From: Omnitrophica WOR_2 bacterium GWF2_43_52
GTDB lineage: Bacteria; Omnitrophota; Gorgyraeia; Gygaellales; UBA12090
NCBI GenBank assembly: GCA_001805445.1
Contig: MHGF01000034.1
Location: 33,929 to 97,928, forward strand
DNA: 64,000 nt
Reading direction: 5' to 3'
Position numbers and translations under genes: made by a program. Positions 57,748-64,000 of this stretch are shown piece after piece (the first letter of the stretch is position 1; every line of letters starts with the position of its first letter). The notes beneath the pieces are model-generated. The model was not told where the DNA came from. It saw only the letters and a program-made list of their open reading frames with translations, and ran no database searches.

Positions 57748-58905
57748 ATGATTAACATCACCAAACTACTCTATAACGTCTCTTCCTACGGGGATGAATT
57801 GCGGTACCGTAAGGATTTAAGCCTTGGCGAACGAAAGCCTATTGTCGTCTGGAATACCTCCCGCCGATGCAATCTTTCTTGCGTTCATTGCTATTCAGAC
57901 TCGGGCAATCAAAGCTATAGCGGTGAACTAACTACCGAAGAAGCGCAAACGATGATTAAGGATTTAGCTGTTTTTAAAGTTCCGGTACTGCTTTTTTCGG
58001 GAGGTGAACCTCTGCTGCGCAAAGATATATTTATCCTCAACGCCTTAGCTCGAAGCCTTGGGATTCGCAGTGTTATTTCAACTAATGGAACGCTGATAAC
58101 CGAGGCAATGGCCAGGAAGATTAAAAAAGAAGGCTTTGATTACGTGGGGGTTAGCCTCGATGGGATTGGTAAAAATAATGACCGTTTCCGTGGCAAAAGG
58201 GGGGCATTCACGCAAGCCGTACGAGGGATACGAAACTTAGTTGCTGCTGGACAAAAAGTTGGCCTGCGTTTTACGATCACGCGGCATAACTACCATGATC
58301 TATCGGCTATTTTTAAGCTTGTTGAAGATGAAGCTATTAACCGGGTTTGTTTTTATCATTTAGTGTATGCCGGCAGGGGCAGCTCTATGATTGAAGATGA
58401 TGTAAGCCATAGAGAAACGCGACAGGCTATTGATTCTCTTTGCGCGTGGACGGACTACCTGAATACTAAGGGCCTGCAGAAGGAAATCCTGACGGTTGAT
58501 AATCACGCGGATGGGCCCTATATTTATTTGCGGTTGCAGAAAGAAAATCCCCGGAAGGCAGAGAAAGTTTTAGAGCTTTTGCGCTGCAATGGCGGAAACA
58601 GTTCCGGTATCGGCATTGCCAATATTGATACTCAGGGCAATGTCCACGCGGACCAGTTTTGGCAAAGCTATTCTTTTGGAAATATCCGCGAAAATACTTT
58701 TGGCGCGATCTGGCTTGACACCAGTGATGAACGTATGCGTAAGCTCAAAGACAGAAAGGCTTTTATAAAGGGCAGATGTTCTTCTTGTAGGTTTTTGGAT
58801 ATTTGTAACGCTAATTTCCGGGTGCGCGCGGAAGCAGTCTATAACGATATTTGGCAAGAAGATCCCGCCTGTTATTTAACCGACGAGGAGATAACCAAGC
58901 CTTAA
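57748..58905 (+). CDS. radical SAM / SPASM protein, AhbC/AhbD/NirJ-like (candidate alternative haem biosynthesis enzyme)
   Basis: WNTSRRCNLSCVHC (CxxxCxxC); C-terminal Cys cluster CSSCRFLDICNANFRVRAEA. Confidence 0.55.
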   Translation: MINITKLLYNVSSYGDELRYRKDLSLGERKPIVVWNTSRRCNLSCVHCYSDSGNQSYSGELTTEEAQTMIKDLAVFKVPVLLFSGGEPLLRKDIFILNALARSLGIRSVISTNGTLITEAMARKIKKEGFDYVGVSLDGIGKNNDRFRGKRGAFTQAVRGIRNLVAAGQKVGLRFTITRHNYHDLSAIFKLVEDEAINRVCFYHLVYAGRGSSMIEDDVSHRETRQAIDSLCAWTDYLNTKGLQKEILTVDNHADGPYIYLRLQKENPRKAEKVLELLRCNGGNSSGIGIANIDTQGNVHADQFWQSYSFGNIRENTFGAIWLDTSDERMRKLKDRKAFIKGRCSSCRFLDICNANFRVRAEAVYNDIWQEDPACYLTDEEITKP

Positions 58906-58911
58906 AGGAAA

Positions 58912-59010
58912 AGGGGTCACACCTATTTTTTCGCTTTTCTCTTCGTTGTCTGAACTACTGTAAAAGATATATTGTGAGGAAAAAGTGAATAAAAATAGGT
59001 GTGACCCCTT
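58912..59010. other. long-range perfect inverted repeat (17-bp arms ggggtcacacctatttt / aaaataggtgtgacccc) between convergent genes
   Basis: Read directly from the sequence. The ~60-nt loop is AT-rich. Confidence 0.4.
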
Positions 59011-59024
59011 TTCTCTCTAAAGTT

Positions 59025-59555
59025 TTAAACTTCTGCCTTCTGTCCGGAAACGACTTTTTCTACATGCTGAATTTCCGTAGGAGTCAAAACTTTCTTTAAA
59101 TCTAAGAGAACCAGCAGCCTGTCCTTGAGTTTCCCTACGCCGGAAATATAGTGCTCCTGAACCTCGGTTTGGATAACCGAAGGAACTTCTTCCACATGCT
59201 CGGAAGAAAGCCTTAAAACCTCAGAAACAGAGTCTACAATCATTCCCATGGTTAGCCCTTCGATTTCCACAATAATAATCCGCGTGTTCTCACCCCGCTG
59301 CTTAGAGGGAATTGATAGCCGTTTTGCCAGATCAATAACCGCGACTACCTGGCCTCTAAGGTTAACTACGCCTTCAATAAAGTCCGGGGCCTTGGGCAGA
59401 TAGGTGATGGCGATAAGCCGCACAATTTCCCGTACCTGGCTGATATCAACCCCGAATTCTTCATCGCCGATGGCAAATACTACTAATTGATATTCTTTCT
59501 GCTTGTCTTTAGCCATGTTCTCCTCCTTAGCGTTAATGTAATCCCAGCGACTCAA
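59025..59555 (-). CDS. cheW: CheW
   Basis: EEFGVDISQVREIVRL..VVNLRGQVVAVIDLAKRL..GMIVDSVSEVLRL. Confidence 0.85.
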   Translation of the reverse strand: MSRWDYINAKEENMAKDKQKEYQLVVFAIGDEEFGVDISQVREIVRLIAITYLPKAPDFIEGVVNLRGQVVAVIDLAKRLSIPSKQRGENTRIIIVEIEGLTMGMIVDSVSEVLRLSSEHVEEVPSVIQTEVQEHYISGVGKLKDRLLVLLDLKKVLTPTEIQHVEKVVSGQKAEV

Positions 59556-60141
59556 AGATACGTTTCAGTGAGTCGGTGGAAGGGAAAAATAAAAATAGGC
59601 CTTCTAAGTTTACGTCGCTTACTTTTAAATCTGTTTTTATTATAAGCGCCTCTTCTGAATATTGGGCAATTTGGATAAAGATAAAATCCAGGATCGCCCC
59701 TACCATATCTAAAGCTAAAGATGGCGAGGAAATAAGCATATTTAAATTCGTCATATCGGCAAGTGCCGAGATATACGAGCCGCAAAGAATATTAGCGCAT
59801 TCTTTAATGGATGATTGCAGCATTTCATCTTTTAAATCTATTTCCTCCTGAGGCTTGCCTAAGAGATTATTGGCTAAGAGTTTCGCGTCTTGCGGAGAAA
59901 AGAGGAGAAAGATTCTTCCGGAGATATCCCCTGTGATTTCCATATCAATGACAAAAAAGGTGCGGTCTCTGGCGGTTAATAAAGTAGAGATATTTTCTAT
60001 AGGGATGAGATTTACCTGCGGCACCGTAATCTGGACTTTTTTAGAAATTAAGTCCGCCAAGGCCGTTGCCGCCCTTCCGGCTCCGATGGTGCCCGCTTCT
60101 TTCAAAGCGTCAAGCTGGGTAAGTGATAGTTTTCTGTCCAT
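59533..60141 (-). CDS. cheC: CheC-family CheY-P phosphatase
   Basis: LDALKEAGTIGAGRAATALADLI and a second ..ECANILCGSYISALADM repeat. Confidence 0.7.
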   Translation of the reverse strand: MDRKLSLTQLDALKEAGTIGAGRAATALADLISKKVQITVPQVNLIPIENISTLLTARDRTFFVIDMEITGDISGRIFLLFSPQDAKLLANNLLGKPQEEIDLKDEMLQSSIKECANILCGSYISALADMTNLNMLISSPSLALDMVGAILDFIFIQIAQYSEEALIIKTDLKVSDVNLEGLFLFFPSTDSLKRIFESLGLH

Positions 60142-60144
60142 GGA

Positions 60145-61194
60145 TTATTTAGAGATTTCCCTAACTATAGCATCGGCAATTTTTGAAACGGGTAAGACCT
60201 TATCAGCAAGCTTTGCCTCATAGACTGCTTTGGGCATACCCCAGACTACCGAGCTTTCTTCATTTTGGATGATAACCGTGCCGCCTTCTTCTTTGATCCT
60301 GCGGCAGCCTTCCAAACCATCTTTTCCCATGCCGGTTAAGATAACGCCGATAACATCTTTTCCAAAGAGCTCTGCTGCCGAACGCATGGTTACATCAACG
60401 GATGGCCTGACGAAATTAACCAGCGCCTCCTGATTAAGCTGAATTTTAATTTGGTCGCCGTCTTCGGCCAACACCATATGGTAACCGGCAGGGGCAACAA
60501 AGGCTTTATCCGCCAACAGGATATCCCCTTCTTCGGCCTCCTTAGTTTTAATCCCCGATTGCCAGGAAATCCGTTCCGCGAAACTTAAGGTAAAGCCCTT
60601 AGGCATATGCTGGACAATCAAGAAAGCGGCGGGGGTTCCCGATTTTATTTCATGCATGACGTCAAGGACCGCTTTTGGCCCGCCGGTAGAAGCGCCGATA
60701 ACTACCAGTTTTTCAATCGCTACCGTTTTCTTTTTTACTCGGCTTGCCGCGGTAGGCGCGATGCTTGTCAAGAATTTATCAAGATCTATTTTTGCCGCTA
60801 ATTTTATTTTAGAGATAATTTCATCTTTTAATTTGTAGATATCTAAGGAAATTTCTCCCGAGGGCTTGGCAATAAAATCTATGGCGCCTAATTCCAGCGC
60901 CTTCATGGTCGCGGTTGTGCCTTCACGGGTATAGGCTGAGAGCATAACGATACGCGTGGGCTGTTTTTTCATTACCTCTTCCAGGACGCTTATCCCGTCT
61001 ACTAAAGGGATATTAATATCCAGGGTGACGACATCGGGCTTTAAGGAGAATATTTTTTCCAATGCTTCATGGCCGTTTTTTGCCTTATCGATGACTTCTA
61101 AGTCAGGGTCGCTTGAGATGCTATCCGCTATAATTTTACGCATTAACAGCGAATCGTCAACCACCAGTACCCGGATTTTTTCTGTATTTTCCAT
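60145..61194 (-). CDS. cheB: chemotaxis methylesterase CheB (REC plus esterase)
   Basis: IRVLVVDDSLLMRKII..VVTLDINIP; esterase VVIGASTGGPKAV. Confidence 0.9.
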   Translation of the reverse strand: MENTEKIRVLVVDDSLLMRKIIADSISSDPDLEVIDKAKNGHEALEKIFSLKPDVVTLDINIPLVDGISVLEEVMKKQPTRIVMLSAYTREGTTATMKALELGAIDFIAKPSGEISLDIYKLKDEIISKIKLAAKIDLDKFLTSIAPTAASRVKKKTVAIEKLVVIGASTGGPKAVLDVMHEIKSGTPAAFLIVQHMPKGFTLSFAERISWQSGIKTKEAEEGDILLADKAFVAPAGYHMVLAEDGDQIKIQLNQEALVNFVRPSVDVTMRSAAELFGKDVIGVILTGMGKDGLEGCRRIKEEGGTVIIQNEESSVVWGMPKAVYEAKLADKVLPVSKIADAIVREISK

Positions 61195-61682
61195 TATACC
61201 TCTTTTCTTCCCCAGGAAATCGTATCCACAATAACTTTGCCGTTCTCAAGATTTAACTCAATGGTTCTTCCAAAGGTCCCCCCGACTTCTTCAGCGATCG
61301 TCTTTAAGCCCAGTTCTTCAAAGACAGCCCTTGCCATAACAATATTTTTCTCGCCTACATTTAACGCGCTGTCGGCGTTGATAAAACTGAACATGTGCGC
61401 CCCGCCAAAGATTTTTACGGCGAGGTTAGCGCGAAGGTTGCCCGCGCTCTCAAGCTCTTCAAGCATTTTTCTGATGACGTAATTGACGTAGCGGTTAGGA
61501 TTAAGTTTTGTCCGCGATTTGTCAATGTCGGGAAGCATAGGGTGTGCCATTGCCCCTATTTTTTTAAAAGGATTGTAAATGGTAATGCCTAAACAGGAGC
61601 CGAGCGCTCTGGTCACTAAGCGCCCCGGGGCAGTGCCTTTTTGCATGTCTCCCATGCGGACTTCGATAATAGTTTCTTCCAC
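61194..61682 (-). CDS. cheD: chemoreceptor glutamine deamidase CheD
   Basis: ALGSCLGITIYNP..GAMAHPMLP. Confidence 0.8.
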   Translation of the reverse strand: MEETIIEVRMGDMQKGTAPGRLVTRALGSCLGITIYNPFKKIGAMAHPMLPDIDKSRTKLNPNRYVNYVIRKMLEELESAGNLRANLAVKIFGGAHMFSFINADSALNVGEKNIVMARAVFEELGLKTIAEEVGGTFGRTIELNLENGKVIVDTISWGRKEV

Positions 61683-61695
61683 GGTAGGGTTCCTG

Positions 61696-62067
61696 CTAGC
61701 CGTTTAAGGTGCGATTAATTGCCTCAACAACTCGTGAGGGTTGAAATGGCTTCGTAACGAAGTCTTTTGCTCCTGCCTGAATTGCCTCTACCACCAGCGA
61801 ATGCTGGCCCATTGCCGAAACCATGATAATCTTTGCCTTGGGGTCAAACTTTACAATCTCTTTGACCGCGCCAATGCCGTCAATCTCATTGACCTTCGGC
61901 ATGACAATATCCATGGTCACCACATCCGGTTTTAGCTGCTGGTATTTGTCAAACGCGTCTTTTCCGTTTTCCGCCTCCGCGCAGATCTCGAATCCCTCTT
62001 TCTTCAGGATATCCGAAAGCATCTTACGCATAAATAACGCATCATCTACAATCATTACTTTCGCCAT
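61696..62067 (-). CDS. cheY: CheY
   Basis: KVMIVDDALFMRKML..VVTMDIVMP..FVTKPF. Confidence 0.9.
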   Translation of the reverse strand: MAKVMIVDDALFMRKMLSDILKKEGFEICAEAENGKDAFDKYQQLKPDVVTMDIVMPKVNEIDGIGAVKEIVKFDPKAKIIMVSAMGQHSLVVEAIQAGAKDFVTKPFQPSRVVEAINRTLNG

Positions 62068-62079
62068 GTCTTCCTCCTT

Positions 62080-62928
62080 TTATTCCTTCTCTATTAGTGA
62101 TGCCTTTTGATAGATCTTTGCCCTGAGGTCTACAGGGATAAATAAGGCCCTTTCCCACAAACTTTCCACTTTTCCCAGCACTAGGAATCCTCCCGGATTT
62201 AAGAGCTGGTGGAATTTCTTAAAAAGCTCTATCATCTGCTGGCGGCTTAAATAAATCATGATGTTGCGGCAGAAGATAACGTCTATATTTTTAAATCCCG
62301 GGGTATGGAAGATATTATGCTGCTGGAATTTTACCATCTGTTTTATTTCATCAGTAAGATAATATGTTTCGCTGTCAACAGTTGTGAAGTATTTTTTTAA
62401 GATATCCCTGGGTATTTTTTTTAGTTCTTTTAAGGGATACGCGGCTTTTTTGGCTTTTTCCAAGGCTTGGGCGTCAATGTCAGTTGCTAAAATTTTTACC
62501 ACAAGGTGACGGTTGTCTTTAAGCTCTTCTTTGATTAAAATAGCTAAAGAGTAGGCTTCTTCTCCGCTTGCGCACGCAGACGACCAGATGCGCAGCGACC
62601 GAAAATCAGAAGCTGCTTTGCGCGTTATGAGCCCCGCGAGCACATTCTTTTTAAATGCTTCAAAGACATCGGGGTCGCGGAAAAACTCAGTGACATTTAT
62701 AGAAAGAGCGTCTAAGAAAAGGGCATATTCCTCAGGGCTTTTTTCAAGTAATCCGATATATTCATACGCCCCTAAAACTTTGGTTGTTTGCATCCTAAGG
62801 CGCAGCCGCCGGTAAAGAAAATTATCGCGGTATGAATGGAGGTCTAATCCTTTATTTTGATGAATGAATTTCAGTATTTTCTTTAGGCTTTCTTCATCAG
62901 CGATAGTATGTGTGTTTACCAAGGTCAT
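62080..62928 (-). CDS. cheR: chemotaxis methyltransferase CheR
   Basis: VTEFFRD..LRIWSSACASGEEAYSLAILI..ILATDID..VIFCRNIMIYL. Confidence 0.9.
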   Translation of the reverse strand: MTLVNTHTIADEESLKKILKFIHQNKGLDLHSYRDNFLYRRLRLRMQTTKVLGAYEYIGLLEKSPEEYALFLDALSINVTEFFRDPDVFEAFKKNVLAGLITRKAASDFRSLRIWSSACASGEEAYSLAILIKEELKDNRHLVVKILATDIDAQALEKAKKAAYPLKELKKIPRDILKKYFTTVDSETYYLTDEIKQMVKFQQHNIFHTPGFKNIDVIFCRNIMIYLSRQQMIELFKKFHQLLNPGGFLVLGKVESLWERALFIPVDLRAKIYQKASLIEKE

Positions 62929-62939
62929 TTTTTAAAAAA

Positions 62940-63203
62940 TTAATGCTGTGGCTTCTTGCTGATGTATAAAATTGCTTTGGTCAATTCCCGTATCACATCA
63001 ACCTGAAATTGCACGTTCTGTTCGGTGATCTTAGTAAAGACCCTGCCTTTTTCCGAAACGATGTACTTCGGAGGCAGCCGGTTGAGCGCCCAGGCAAGCA
63101 TATCTAATTTGCATTTCTGGCATTTACAGATATCTTTGGTATCTTCAAGGAGCCTTTCTAATTCATTGGCCGCGATATCTTCCATATAATTGAGCAGTTT
63201 CAT
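62940..63203 (-). CDS. comFB: standalone ComFB-family protein (cyclic-dinucleotide-binding family)
   Basis: MKLLNYMEDIAANELERLLEDTKDICKCQKCKLDMLAWALNRLPPKYIVSEKGRVF..KKPQH closely follows the ComFB pattern (C.C..C, ALN.LPPKYIV). Confidence 0.65.
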   Translation of the reverse strand: MKLLNYMEDIAANELERLLEDTKDICKCQKCKLDMLAWALNRLPPKYIVSEKGRVFTKITEQNVQFQVDVIRELTKAILYISKKPQH

Positions 63204-63232
63204 GTTTAACCCCCTTATGCGAACCGCACCCT

Positions 63233-64000
63233 TTATGCTTCCATTTTCCTATCTTCAAACAAGATGTTTACTCTTGAGCCTTCGGCTAAAGGAGTAGTAA
63301 AGCCGGCAGGCATATCGTTAACCAGGATGGTCATTTTCTTGCCAAAAGCTTTGCGGGGATCAAAGTCGATATACCTGAATATTTCAGAAAGCATCACTGA
63401 GCGTTCTTTTAAATAATACACCTTAATGTCTGCTCTATCAATAAGAAATTCTTGCGAATTTACCTGTTGGCCATTCATGAAAATTTGGACCGGCTCAATA
63501 GGCATTTCAATTTCTTTGCCGGATACGGTAACGCGCATTTTTTCGCGGCTTTCAGGCAGGTCTATGATATCGCTTATCCTGTAGGCAGTTGGTGTGGAGC
63601 GTGAAAAGGTAACCGTATCCCCCGCGCCGAGTGGTGCCGTGAGCCCTGCGGCTTGGCCGTTGAGTAAAAGGGTAAAATTTCGTTGGGTCAGCACCCTAGG
63701 GTTTGCGTTAAGGTTAACCAGAATCTGGCGCTCGAAAAGTTCTTCTAAAACAACTCCTTGAGAGGCAAGCAGATGTTCTATGGTAAGGGCTGGGGTGCGG
63801 ATTACCGCGCGGTCCTCAAGCGGGGTATCAATGCTCACCACTTTTTCATTCATGGCTACCGGTGGTATTACGTCTAAGGTTTCTTGGTTATAGGTTATGG
63901 GAATAAACTTAAGTTTCAGCAAGTCTTTTAATAGGCAAAAGCCGTTTTCTCCATCAACAGCCTCAGAAAATTCTAATCTATCGCCGGGCTCCACTTTTTC
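63233..64000 (-). CDS. hypothetical protein with three similar ~60-aa repeats (beta-grasp-like NG..AG.T.PL..GD.V), 5' end probably beyond window
   Basis: LLLNGQAAGLTAPLGAGDTVTF / IFMNGQQVNSQEFLIDRADIKV / ILVNDMPAGFTTPLAEGSRVNILF. The frame is still open at position 64000. Confidence 0.3.
   Translation of the reverse strand, partial: EKVEPGDRLEFSEAVDGENGFCLLKDLLKLKFIPITYNQETLDVIPPVAMNEKVVSIDTPLEDRAVIRTPALTIEHLLASQGVVLEELFERQILVNLNANPRVLTQRNFTLLLNGQAAGLTAPLGAGDTVTFSRSTPTAYRISDIIDLPESREKMRVTVSGKEIEMPIEPVQIFMNGQQVNSQEFLIDRADIKVYYLKERSVMLSEIFRYIDFDPRKAFGKKMTILVNDMPAGFTTPLAEGSRVNILFEDRKMEA

Overview
This window is a chromosomal segment from the replication-origin neighbourhood of a bacterium. Its lifestyle cannot be inferred from sequence alone.

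The minus strand at 1..4586 carries gyrB, a DUF721/DciA-like gene, dnaN and dnaA, with DnaA boxes just upstream of dnaA. gyrB is interrupted by a mini-intein homologous to the Synechocystis GyrB intein.

Positions 5.2-35.2 kb form a large type IV pilus superlocus, almost entirely on the minus strand:
- System 1 (5.2-16.7 kb): pilO, a pilM-pilN fusion, pilC, a PilX-like gene, at least 3 prepilin genes, major pilin pilA with a terminator, pilB, a secretin pilQ, a secretin-N-domain protein and a PilP-like lipoprotein.
- An MSHA-like system 2 (17.3-30.7 kb) with an embedded histidine kinase / PilZ / response regulator / MshEN-PilZ signalling set, bracketed by two direct copies of a ~315-bp MITE (family B).
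- A third minor-pilin module (31.5-35.1 kb) that duplicates part of system 1. It includes a truncated copy of an Avd-like four-helix-bundle gene and a 5 x 52-bp tandem array built from the shared pilin 5' motif.

Downstream are cyclic-dinucleotide and chemosensory genes: a ComFB-CheR fusion, a REC-GGDEF (GGDDF) gene, PilZ, two MCPs with near-identical inverted signalling domains, CheW, a Cache-type histidine kinase, tandem CheY-like regulators, and a cheW-cheC-cheB-cheD-cheY-cheR-comFB block. Also present are system-II cytochrome c biogenesis genes (ccsBA), a c-haem sensor (DUF3365-like) paired with an MCP, and a siroheme/alternative haem biosynthesis cluster (sirC-hemA-hemC-cobA/hemD plus a radical SAM AhbD/NirJ-like gene).

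A second MITE family (A, three full copies plus TIR-only variants) and several recurring palindromic motifs are scattered through the intergenic regions. No rRNA, tRNA or CRISPR array was recognised.
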